A stretch of 64,000 nucleotides of DNA, from positions 7,812,001-7,876,000 of the forward strand of contig CM022679.1 in the NCBI GenBank assembly GCA_012295275.1, read 5' to 3'. The DNA is from Chrysomallon squamiferum. Its lineage: Eukaryota > Animalia > Mollusca. Under the pieces are notes generated by a model. The model was not told where the DNA came from. It searched no databases and was given only the letters and a program-made list of their open reading frames with translations. This document shows positions 50,801 through 64,000 of the stretch, one piece after another. Numbering within the stretch: position 1 is the stretch's first letter; each line of letters starts with the position of its first letter. A program made the translations under genes and the position numbers.

Positions 50801-52974
50801 TATTTGCAAATAAAAGCAAAAATGATTTTATGTCATCTTAATTCTGTTAAGAATAATTGTAGGTTACAGTTTAACTAATTTACTATACGAGTGACAACAC
50901 AGGACATACAAATACTGTTACTGGTATATAGTCAGTGACAACACAACACACTTTCTGAACAAGATCACCTTAATAAGAAAAAAAAAAAAAAATAAAAAAT
51001 AAAATTAAAACATCCAGTAATAAAAAGTAATTTCCAAGAATTAATAGTTTATTCATTGATCAAACAATCATTCAAAATATCCCCCATCTCTAAGACAGTC
51101 TCAAAGGACTTTTTAATCTGTTGAAAATTTCAGCTATCTAAATCAGAGTTACTTGATTAGCTACAAAAAACAACAACAGCAACTGGGAATGGGGGGAAAC
51201 TCACACACACATCTCTTAGTTAGCTCTGAACAGCAATTGCTGGGATGTGATCTTTGTACCAAGCTGTTCTTACGGGAAATGACTTAACTAACCACTGTAC
51301 CAGCATGGCTGACTGCTCAACACTTTTTTTATTTTTTTTTTGAAAACACACTGAGGTATGGTAAGCCGGTGTTTGTGCAGTGATAAGCAGGTCAGATTGA
51401 TTGGAGCGTGATAGAAGGCGATTTGACGTGGGAATGGCAGGGAAAGGGATTTTCTATTTTATCACCATCGCTCATCTCATTTGGTGATAATTGTTTTGGC
51501 GTTTCGATGTCGTTTGGGCTTTCAGCTTCGAATCCTGCCGGTCATGCAGTTCACATATTCGTCTCAGCCAGTGTGTTGTGTGTCCTCGGCAGACACAGCC
51601 GAGCAGAACCGCTGTGTCGAGCCCACGATCTTATCGAAAAACCTCAGTTTTCAGTCTTAACAAAAGCACGTTTGTGCTGCTAATTATACTGAACCAACTT
51701 GAGTTTGTAAAGTTTGGCTCAGTGTACTGCGTCTTGAGAACTGAGCTAAATGTATTTCTGTTTTGTAAACTATGTCATTTTTTTAGTTTATATTTATTAA
51801 TGTTTCAAACATTCTGAAAAAATTTATTTGTGACTTCAAAATCTGAAACATGGCACTTTCCAAATTTCAGAATTAAAACTAATAAGCTACTCTTCATTAA
51901 AAAATTTAACAGAATTTATTAATGTCTATGTTTCCAAAATTTGAGCCAACAGAATATTTTTGTATGCAAAATAATTAAATATTAAGCCAAATTACAATCA
52001 AAGTTTTGCCTCACATTGAAATGTGAAAGTGATGTTTGATCTAATAAATAAAAGTTATTTTTGTAAGAATACCAATTTAATAAACACTTAATTTTAAATT
52101 ACTATTGCCAGAATATTTTTTTTTTTATTTATATATATATTTTTATTTTTTAAATCCATAATTCTTTATTATTCTAAAATTATATATTGTAATTTATTCA
52201 AAATTATATAGCATACATAATTTATTATACGTTAGTATAATGTAAAGGAAAATATAACTGTTAATGTATGCTGAATTATGTATGTTAATTTATGCTAAGT
52301 ATGTTTTCTCTTAGGACACGGTTCTTCTTCCTTTATCTCTGAAATCAAACAGTTCACCCCTTTTAGTGTCCTTACATCACAAGAGTGTCTCCTCATCCAT
52401 ATTAATGTCTCTCCGACTTGTACAGAAGTTGATCAATGACAAATAAAACTGGGTAAAACTTTCCAGTATGCATGGAGGTTCACTGGTGTCAATTAGTTTG
52501 GTAAACACTCTGTGCTGTTGTTTGAATGAGATGAGAAAATGGATTTAGCAAGTGCTTGCTCTCTCTCACTTACACACACAGACAAGATGTATATAAACAT
52601 GAGATGTATGTCCACATACAGACATGCAAGTACCTGCATGTATGAAACACAACATGTGTGTGTGTGTATATGTATATATTGTCAGTTGTTGACATAGACA
52701 ACACACACACACACACACACACTACTAGTAATACTGCTAATAATACTATTACCAATACTACTACAAATTACCATAAACAACCACTACTAGTACTAGTACT
52801 TCTTTTACTACTACTATTACTGCTGCTATTGCTATTATCACTAGTAGTACTACAGCTATTACAATACTACAATTGTAACTATTATTACTACAGCTATTAC
52901 TTTTATTACTACTACTATAATTATTACTTTTTCTGCTACTCCTACCATTTTTACTGCTATTACAACTATTATTA

Positions 52975-53017
<43 letters not shown>

Positions 53018-54913
53018 TGCAACTACTATTTACAATAATTTATAATTAACAAATATTTAAGCAAGTAAATTAAATATTAAAAACATAAAATAAATTAATT
53101 AATTTTAAAACATTCAAACATTACCAAAAGCAATATTTATTTACAAAATCTGATATTCAAAAGAATGAAGTTTGTTTTGGTGCAATTTGAAAATGTCATT
53201 CTTAACACAAACAACATGTCAGATATACAATTTCATTTAAAAAAAACTTTAAACTTTTAATTCTTAACCAAGCCAAAGAATTAAGATGTCTGGTATTTTT
53301 TTTGGTTTTTTTACAAAAGTGTAAAAATGTTTAATGTAAATAAAGATCCTTGTTTAACTCCATTTAGTTTAAAAAAAAAAAAAAAAAAAATTTAAACATT
53401 TCAACAAAAAACAAACAAAACAAAATAGAAAATGACATCCATAGAAAAGAGAAAGAAAAAAAAAAAATTCAGACATGAATTAAATGACGTAATACATTTT
53501 ATTATAAATCAATAAAAAATAAAAAATAATAATAACAATTGTAATAATAGAGCCATAGAAAGAACTAATTAATTTTTCTTGACACCAGATATAAATGGCT
53601 AATCTTAATTGTTGGTAATTATAATCTGATACGAAATATTATCAACTGATATTTTCTCTTAATTTTCATGACACTCAAATATATATATGGAAAATTTCAC
53701 AGGATAAAATTACAACTTTTAGTGACAGCAGAAGATCTATCAGTCAGAAATAATCAGTGTTTTTATTCATGCAATAAACAGAAATAATATTTTAATGACA
53801 TTAGAAATATATAGAAATAGAGAGAAATCCTTCTTTAATAAATAAAATGGTCGAAAATAAAAAATAATTATTTTTATGACAAAAGTCATTTCACATTTCA
53901 AAAATGTCAAACAAGTATTTTCATGTCAAACAAGTATTTTCATGACGAACATTTGGAATATGAAATCTTCATTTCTGGTATGTAACTGTTATTTCTGATT
54001 ATTGTTTCCCCCAGCTTTGTTAACTGGGCAAATCTCAGTAAACATCAACAGCTCAAAAATATATAAAAACCAGTTATTCACAACTGATCAGGTTTGTCCT
54101 AAGTACGCAATACAGGAATATCGGTTGTCTGTTTAAAAATGTGTTAACTTTCATTTGTAAGCAATACATCAAACTCACATTCTGTGATCCTTTTGCAAAC
54201 ACATCCATACCCCTTAAACACACACACACAGAGAGGCACATAACATGTAAAAAATATATAAAAATCAATCATTCTAAACTGAAAATCTAATCATGCCTAT
54301 CATGGGAGTGAAGTTTTGCTTGTTCAAGTGTGTGTTAGTTTTCAGTTTTCAGTTTTTAAGTATGAACAAACACACTATATAGATAAATAGATGGTTCCTT
54401 TCTTACAGCTTTTGTGGCTTATATCCATCCATAGTTACACTGCGACAGAAAAGACTGATGAAAAGTCATGGTTTATTTCCTTACTGTATGTATGTGTTTG
54501 TGTGGCAGAAGCAGAAAACAGTGGCTAATATTTCCAGAAACAAAGAAAGAAACTTGAGTAAATTGTGAGTACTGTCCATTCCAATAAACATCCAAGACTG
54601 TCAGAATGTAACCCAGTTGTAAGTAGGGGACTCTCTCTGTGATGTACATCAACACTCAACTAATGTGTTCCTTTGTACACACATCCATACCCTCCCAACA
54701 CACACATACACACACACACACGCAACACACACACACAACACACACATACATAGACACACACACAAGACACACACACACACAACACACACACACACCCAAC
54801 ACACACACAAACACACACACACACACAGACACACACACACACCCAACACAGACACAAACACCCAATACACAACACACACACAACACACAGCACACACACA
54901 CACACACACAACA

Positions 54914-54944
<31 letters not shown>

Positions 54945-55677
54945 TCAAAATACATCTGGATTAAATTCCAAGAGTTACCAGTAAAAAAATGGTCTTAAAC
55001 TCTTTCCCTACAACTAGCTTCAGGAAGATCACCAGTATATAGATGTGATCCCAGAATCTTAACATCTAGAGGCAACAGTTTAACCACCATGAAGAATAAA
55101 AGCGAGGTGTTGTTTAAAAATGCTAATCATTATTAACACATGTGGTTTGTTTTCAGATTATTTTGTTCAGGTCCCTCATAATTAATCTCTAAGATGTATT
55201 TAGAATACAGGTTGAATGTTAAATGAATAAATTATGAAGTGATAATAAAGACTAGTGTACACAAGATACATGAACAGAACAACTCAGAATACAAAAGTTT
55301 ATAATATACAATTACGTGTATTTTTAGATAAATACTTAAGTGCTTAACTTACTTTATTTTACTTTTGTGATATCAGGGATGCTATATTTAAATAAACTGA
55401 AAAATGGGTTTATTTTGAAAATAAGATATTATAAGATATATTTGTCAACAGTCATTTGTAGCCTGTGCTGTAATGTGTTGACTGGAGTTACTTTCTAAGT
55501 TTATAAATATAACTGTGTTTGTGAGTTTGTGTCTGTGTGTGTGTGTGTGTGTATGTGTGTTCTAGTGTGAATCTGTGTGTCTGTACATGTTCAACATTTC
55601 AATATTAAATTTTTTAAATCTCAACAAAAAACAAACCACCAACAACAAACCATTTAAATCACTGTAATGTTCATCTC

Positions 55678-55715
<38 letters not shown>

Positions 55716-55954
55716 AATAGAGAGCTAGAAAGATTAAGTTAGAGCAATTGTGTGAGAGTGAGAGAGAAAGTTAAAAAAAAAAAAACCCTAGAAAATTGTA
55801 AAAGTTTGATTAATATCAGCATCCGGAGCTGTTTTTCCCAGAGGCAATTAAAAGCAGATCAGATGAAATGACCCTCTCAGTATTTAATTGAGGAACTCTC
55901 CACTGACTGATGCTTCATTTGTGCCTGTCATTCACAAAATACAACAAGAAACAG

Positions 55955-56395
55955 CTACACTTGTTTTTGGAAATAACTGAAAAATATCTACACTTGCTTT
56001 TAGAAATAACTGAAAAATATCTACACTTGTTTTTAGAAATAACTGAAAAATATCTACACTTGTTTTTGGAAATAACTGAAAAATATCTACACTTGTCTTT
56101 GGAAATAACAGAAAAATATCTACACTTGTTTTTGGAAATAACTGAAAAATATCTACACTTGTCTTTAGGAATTTATCTACACTTAGAAATAACTGAAAAA
56201 AATATCTACACTTGTCTTTGAAATAACTGAAAAAAATAGCAGAAAAATATCTACACTTGTCTTTAGAAATAACTGAAAAATATCTACTCTTGTTTTTAGA
56301 AATAACTGAAAAATATCTACTCATCTTTAGAAAAACTAAACTAAATCAACACTTGTCTTTAGAAAAACTCAGAGCAATATCTACACTTGTTTTTA
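55955..56395. repeat. 33-bp minisatellite (ATCTACACTTGTTTTTGGAAATAACTGAAAAAT), ~13 units
   Basis: Directly visible; it generates the (LHLFLEITEKY)n ORFs in the track. Confidence 0.93.
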
Positions 56396-58590
56396 AGAAG
56401 TGTTACAAAAACAACTGTATCTGTTCTTATGAATATCACAATTAATTAGAAATGTGAGAGGAAATATTTTTTCTTGCAGAATTCGTAACATCAAAAGAGG
56501 TTTTATCTACCCTAATTATCAGAAACTGTAAAAAAAAAAAAAATGTCAAAATCTCTCGTCACAAATTCAGAAAGTATATTATTATTATTATTATTAAATT
56601 TCTACAGACAATATCACACATTTGACTTTTTATTTCTGATGCAAGGTGGCTCCTTTGGCTGGTATCCAGTTATCTGTCATTTCTTCTTGTAAGTGTGTGA
56701 TATGGAAATATACATGATGTGTGCTGTATATAGCGTTATGTCATATGGTAATACTTGGATACTAAGATTACAGGATGTAATTCTCAGATGAAGACAACTA
56801 ATGGTTTTCAGTGTGTTTGATGTCTGAGAGTGAATCTGTAACAGAATTGCTGATAAAAGTCAGCACAATAGTGTATTTGTGCGACCAATTGTGTGTTTAT
56901 ATGATTTATGTACGTTCTTGTGTCTCTGTGTCTGCCTATCAGTCTGTATGTCTGACTCTTTCCTTCTCACTTTTTACTTGTCTGTCTGCCTATCTGTCTG
57001 TCTGTCTGTCTGTCTGAGCCTATATATATATATATATATATCACTGCAATCCATATATGTATTTATGTATGGATATACATTTCTTCATTTAAATCTATTA
57101 GTCTATTTATATGTGTATCGTGTGTTCACGGATATACATCTGTAAATATCAATTTTTGCTGTCTCCATGAGTCATTTCATATTTATTTCTTTTAAAAAAA
57201 AAAAAAAAAAATGCCCCAAAAACAATACATTACATACCATATCATTTTTCCCATTCACATACAGTCAGTCACACATACATGCACGATGTATTATACTTTC
57301 ACAAACGCCTGATTACATCAGTGTAAACGGGGCTGGTAAAATTACAAACCAGAGTTTTTATCTCAACCAACCATCAGCATGGAAATCAAAAAAAAAAAAA
57401 AGCAAGGTATAGGTATTTGGCGTTCCACTCCAGTGCACCCATACACAGCATTGTTTGTTTACTGTGTCTAACAGACCATAAACTTCTTGTGCCCGAATGA
57501 ACCGAGAACACAAGGACAAGTAAGTCATCGTTCAAAGATTTCTACTACAAAGAATGTATCAGCCATGTTGATGTTACTAGTTAGATACAAAAGAAGAAGA
57601 AGAAAGAAAAAAAAAAGGCAGAGGGTGCATGGTAAAATAGTTAGCACTCTCGAATGATGAGTGGTTCAAAACTGTCAGGCATCAGGTATTTCTGAAGCAG
57701 ATTGAGATGAATGTCTTCATATGATACGATATCATACTGTATTGTATGACATGGTAAGGTGCAATAAGGTATAGCTTGGCGTGGTGGGTTCAGGATATGA
57801 TATATTGTCATATGATGATGATATATAAAGTAATATGGTATGTTATAGTATTATATGATTTGATATGTGTTTATTCAGAATTCACGTATATAAAATTCAA
57901 AACAATGAAAAGGAATTCTGAAGGTAACACGAAAAAGTCAAGGAATTATTTCATTTGTGATCTTCTGATGTCTTTATTGTTAAGTCATTTTAAGTTTGTT
58001 AAAAAAAAAAAAAAAGTTTTGCATTGATCAACAGACAATAAGTGATTTAAACCTGTCTGGTATCAGTGAATGTCATGCTGTTGTATTCATTGCTTACGTC
58101 AGTGATAATAATTCAGTTTGTAAAAAAAAAAAAAAAAAATAATTGTTTTATACTGAACAGTTTGTGTTAAAAAAAATAAAAATAAAAAAAATAATTGTTT
58201 TATACTGAACAGTTTGTGTTAAAAAAAATCATTATAAAGGTAGATATTGACTTTTAACTCATAGTTAAACTGCTGACAGGATTACTTCTGTATCTGGTGG
58301 ATTAGTGGGTTAATGTTTGGGTTAATGGATGGAAGAAGAATCATTTGGTGATTGGCTGGAAGGGAAGATGGATGATTGAAGTAATAAAGGAAAAAGATGT
58401 TTATATATGTTAGTGAGTAATGGTTCAATGGATGGATTTATTCAGATAAAATATTGGATAGAAAGTTGGATGGGCTGGATCAATAATTAAATAAACATTT
58501 TACTGTTCTTTGATATTTTGTTTTTAAAATTATAAACACACATACACTTCATCCTAAAACTTGCAAGAAAAAGAATTCCCATTTAAATTA

Positions 58591-58631
<41 letters not shown>

Positions 58632-58799
58632 TATGAAAAGAAATGGATTTAAAAAATGTGTCTTCCATTACAAAACATCACTGATTACTAAAAACAAGAG
58701 TAGGTTACAGAACAGTGTGATTATTTTTCACTTTATTTTGTTTTTTTACATCCACAGTCAAATGTGTTCCCCAGTTCAATATCATCGATTTCTGAATCC

Positions 58800-59085
58800 A
58801 AACATCTCACTAGAAATGAAAGTAAAAGTAAAATGCTTCTATAACAACAGCCAAAAAAAGATTGTATCAGGTTTTGACCCAACTACCATCAGCTTCACAA
58901 TTTGAAGACCTCACAAAAAAAAACTAGAAATGAAAGCAAAAGAAAAAAGAATGTATTGCTCTGTCTATTCAGTCTTCACTGTGAATCCTTCTACAACAAC
59001 CAGAAAAATAATGTAACAGAGTTTGATCTCTCTTCAGAATCAGTTTCAGAATGTGAAGACCTCACTGAAAACTAGAAATGAACAC
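58800..59085. repeat. Degenerate direct repeats (GAAGACCTCAC...ACTAGAAATGAAA), ~2.5 copies
   Basis: CTAGAAATGAA at about 58810, 58924 and 59072; TGAAGACCTCAC at about 58903 and 59054; TTCTAxAACAAC and TTTGAxC blocks shared. Confidence 0.65.
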
Positions 59086-59406
59086 AGAAGCATTTGCTGC
59101 TGTACAATCTCATCAGTGAACACTGGGTGACCTCAGATGTATCTGACTGACAACTGCCCACCCCAAACTTCAATCAGGGACTGCAGATAGAGTTTCTGTT
59201 TTAATTCAGAGAGATTGTCTCCGCAGATAACAAGCATTTAAAACTGAGTAGTCAGATCTGAGTTCACACTTTGCCACCTGTTTTCAATAGATGTGTGTAA
59301 TATAAATAAATAAATAAATAAACAAATAAATAAATAAATAAATATAATAGCATAAAATAACAAGATTCACGTATTACTGTAAATATTAATGTGGCAGAAT
59401 TGTGTA

Positions 59407-59507
<101 letters not shown>

Positions 59508-59600
59508 GTGTTTAAAAAATAAAAAATTCAATAACCGCATTCACATTACAGCTATGACAAATAGTGCACATGCTATTGTTGTATTACAAACTTTAAACTG

Positions 59601-59651
<51 letters not shown>

Positions 59652-60720
59652 CCTGAAGTGAGAATTCCAATGTGCTGACACCAGTCAATAAAATTGGATG
59701 ATTACTGTAAGTGCTAGATTAATACGATAAGCTGCAAGAAACTGGATATCATTTTGAAAAGCCGGTTGTATTTTATCTCATTATCTCATCACCACATCAG
59801 TAGGGCTCGGGGATTTACATCACAAGTCTTTTCAGCGCAGAACTGGAGTTAAAAAAAAAACACACATATATATATACCTGACTGCTGGTATCGAGTACCG
59901 CTAGTAACATACCTGTACCGATAGCTCAGTAATTTCCATTGTCTTGTTGACATATCGGTGGGGCTATCTCAACTTGCCTGCCTGTTATTAAAGACGCACA
60001 CACAAGGTAAAGACATTGGCTATTCATCTCCCCGAGTGCAGTTAGCAGGGGAATATAGGTTTTAAATAGAGCTTTCCCAGCACTTTATTGCAGTCATTTG
60101 TCTGAATATTTTGTTTCTGTTTGATTTATGTAATGAAGTTATGTTAAATGCAGTATAATGTGTTTTTTTTTTTTTTTTTTTTTTTTTGCCACCCTAAAAA
60201 ACAAAACCAAAAAAAGTAAAAAAAGAAGAAAAGAAACCAGCTAAAAATGAGGAGTAATGTCGTGAATTTAAAAAATAAAATACAAATTTATCAAAAATTG
60301 CATATGTAGAAATAGCATATGGTTTTAAGAAAGTGGGTTTGTTTTTGAGTTTTCTTTTTACTTTTTAAATACTTACAAAAAATTCAAAATATGAAAAAAA
60401 GTTAAAAGAAGTGTTCATCAAAGTTTTTAAAATTTATTTTATAACTCTGATGTTCTTTAATTTTTCTGTTTACTTGCATTAAAGATAGTTATTGTGTGCA
60501 GGTGACTATCATAGGATATCACATCATTGTGGGTTTTTTTTTTTTCTTCAAATGAACTGAGGTGTATGACCACACAAGTATATAAACATTTTAATACCTT
60601 TCTTACAAAATTGTTACAGTATTCTTTCTTTTGGAATGTGTTGGAGGATTTTTATGATTTCCTTTATTTATTTCATTTTTTTATTATTATTATTTTCTTT
60701 TATTTCTTTTAATTTCAACA

Positions 60721-60764
<44 letters not shown>

Positions 60765-61624
60765 ATTACTGTTATTGGGGTTGTTGTTGTAATCTGTTAA
60801 TGCAAATTAATACAAGTTACAGACAGTAAAATAGCTAACATACATATAGCCAGAATACCATGTCATGTTTTTATCACAAAGCAATAATTACCCATTCCAG
60901 TTAGTGCCCACTCAATAACTGGTTTATCAAAGACACTAGTATGTTCTTTCATGTCTATGAGAAGGTACATATGAAAGAATTCCTTGATGCTGAGAAAGAA
61001 GTTCACTACAGCAAAATTACACATCACTTGTGTGGTCTTTAACCATAAACATTTCACTACATACCAGCAACTACAGATAAAACAATTTTCTTTTTTATCA
61101 CAAATCTCATCATTAAATAAAAGATTTCTATTAGCCCACATTCTTTAATAAGCTCTGCTATAGATGTTTCAACATAATTCATTTAACCACAAAAGTTTCC
61201 CATTTACATGGGCCAGTCAAAAGTTTTACAATAAAAATATCTTCTTTATGCGTGTTTTCCCCGTTTATATATCTAACATCAAGACAGCTTCCTTCAGATG
61301 ATTCCTACATTTATGTCGACAAAGCAGGTATTATTTTCCACATTAACATAGATTAATATCACAAGGAAATCGTGTGCTGGACATTTGTGATAAGCTGAGC
61401 CAGCCTAAGGAGATCTTTATTTCCTCGGAAATGATAAACACCGAGTGATTCAGTAACTGAATACACACTACCGTTTGAGTTCATAAACTCAAAACAACGT
61501 ACACGCAGATAGTAGCTGCAAAAAAAAAAAAAAAAAAAAAAAATAAAAAAAAAAAACAACATAGAGCTTTAAATTTTGGGAGGGTAAATATTTTTATGAT
61601 TCTTTTTAAGTCTCTCTCTGTCTG

Positions 61625-61754
<130 letters not shown>

Positions 61755-62547
61755 GCCACTTTGTGGGGTTTTTTTAATAACTAAAAGAATATAGATTTTT
61801 TCTCAAACTTTTAACAACAATAGCCGCCCAGCTGATTGATGATAATTGTCAAGTGTCTCACACGGTGCTTAATCAAAGGAAGATTTTTCAATAATAAAAT
61901 GGAATTATGACTCAAGCCATCTCAGGCCTCTGACATTACAATTCACAGACAGACAGACAGACAAACAGCTATACACACACTCTCACATACACATGCATGC
62001 ACCTGGATATATGCAGATACACACTGACTCTCAGACACAAACAGACGATGCGAAAAGACACACAGACTAGACACAGGCTTCTTTCTCTTTCACTTGCTTC
62101 AGGCAGTGCTAACACTGACTCCCCTGCTTGCTTCGCACAGAGTCACAGTCTGAAAAAAGAGCAAAAAACACAACCAGCATGTTCAGAATGTAACGCATCC
62201 GTAATGGAAAAGCAGATCTCTCTTGTTTTCTCGTTTTTCTCTGCGTCTCTCCTCCCATCAGTACATTGTTTCTTGCTCTGTTTTAATCATTTTGAATCTT
62301 CTTTCTCATCTGTTTCTCAGTACGTTCTTTCTCTTTCTCAGTTTCTGTCTCTCTGCTTTCCTTTCCCCATACATCATAACAAGCCTAAATATACTAATTA
62401 ATGATAACAAAAATATATATATATATTTTTTATCAGAATCTTTAGAGTAACTGAAGACAGTTTTGACAACCTATATAATTATCCAAAATGTTGGAGAGAG
62501 GGTTTGATATAACTGTTCTTGAAAATTATATTTTCTCTCTCTCTCTT

Positions 62548-62652
<105 letters not shown>

Positions 62653-62799
62653 TTTTCATTTCATTGTTTCTCCTTTTTTATTTGTACTGTCTTTTTCTCT
62701 CCCACTCATTCTTTCTTCATTCACTTTCTTTCTTTCTCATTTACTCACTTTATCTCTTTCTTTCTCTCTGTTCTCTCTCTTTCTCTCTTGCTCTCTCTC

Positions 62800-62832
<33 letters not shown>

Positions 62833-62834
62833 TT

Positions 62835-62867
<33 letters not shown>

Positions 62868-64000
62868 CACAGAGCACTCCCTGTGCTATTTTTACCACTG
62901 GGACAGAGTTTTATTTCCACTGTGTAATGATAAACACAGACTGATCCACTTAGCGAAACACAGCCTATAGTCTGAAATCCATAAACTAATAACAGCCCCT
63001 CCTCTCTCCCTCTCTCTCCCTCTATCTCTCTCCTCTCTCGCTCTCTCTGGCTAGCTGGCTCACAGAGCCCACCTACTCTGTCAGTTAACTTTTCACTCTG
63101 ATAAAGTGGTCATTTCGTCGTCTGTGAGTGTAGTGTGTGTCAGTGTTACCCAGTTCACTCTGTACAGCACTACATCGAGGCGAGGCTCACATATCCCTGC
63201 AGCCAGTTTGTTTCTACAGTGTTGTTTGTTGTGTTTTCCCCCTCTTCGTAGTACACAGACCTGGCTGATTGACTGACTTGTGTTTCTTGTTTGTGAAAGC
63301 CGATTGTGAAAGTTATATATTTTTAAAAAAACAATTTTTTTTTTTTTTTTTTTTTCTTCTTTTCTGTGTGTGTGTGTGTGTATGTGTGTTGTGAAAACCA
63401 CAGAGGAAGTTTTCAACAGTTATGAGCAATCATACATATCGGAGTAGAGTGAGGCAAGAGGAGGTCAAACAGTGAGGAAGGAAACCCACCAGCAGGCAGA
63501 CTGGGGGTACTGGGTGAGAAGTGTTTGTGTGTTTCTATCTGCCGAGAAATCAGAGAGCTCGACTCGGGGAAAAAAAAATCTACATAATCACCTGCATGGC
63601 AGACTATTAAGCTATCTTGCACATAATGAACCGGCATCTACAGGCTTAACCATGTCCCTCGCCGGTCTGCTGTGATAAACAGTGGAGTGGATTTTTTTGT
63701 GTCCTTTCTCGTGTTATTCACACACTCACTTCTTCTTCTTGTGTGTCTGTGTGTGTTTGTGTGTGTTGTTGTTGTTGTTGTCAGGAGATGTTCAACACGC
63801 TGTCGGAGTTGTTGATGCTGCTACACACCGCTCTCTAGGGACAGCAACGTGAACTCTTCGACCAGAAGAACAAGCGAGCAATCTCCACCCTCCCTGGGTC
63901 ATTTTCTTACTCTATCAAAGGGCAATTTGTACCATAAGTGTCTACCAAGTGCTAAATGGTGGGGAAAAAAAAAAACCAGTGTTAACATTCGAGTACTTGG

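Noticed and set aside
57615-57680. tRNA-like or SINE head (GGGTGCATGGTAAAATAGTTAGCACTCTCG...GGTTCAAAAC)
   Set aside because: A- and B-box-like hints only; no cloverleaf can be folded and it is too degenerate to call.

Overview
AT-rich, microsatellite-dense animal genomic DNA with spliceosomal introns; an invertebrate, possibly a gastropod mollusc (inference). Three host genes could be assembled by hand from phase-compatible GT-AG exons. (1) The 5' part of an ABCA3-like lipid transporter on the minus strand: 7 coding exons from 5279 down to 308, running off the left edge, plus a probable non-coding first exon near 11460. (2) A complete 4-exon SPSB3 (SPRY + SOCS box, 370 aa) on the plus strand, 12127-15125, head-to-head with ABCA3. 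(3) Eight 3' exons of an unrecognised protein gene on the minus strand, 28557 to about 23800, whose 5' exons I could not locate. The most striking structure is a 5,095-bp DNA transposon (5639-10733) in the predicted ABCA3 5'UTR intron. It has 10-bp TIRs (TAGGTATGTG) and a 7-bp TSD (CTATACA). Its cargo is a 9-monomer ~195-bp satellite organised as near-identical 390-bp dimers with repeated YY1-consensus sites, a spliced 194-aa ORF with no recognisable transposase core, and a ~690-bp-period internal duplication. 29-64 kb is non-coding-looking sequence full of micro- and minisatellites. No rRNA, tRNA or CRISPR seen.
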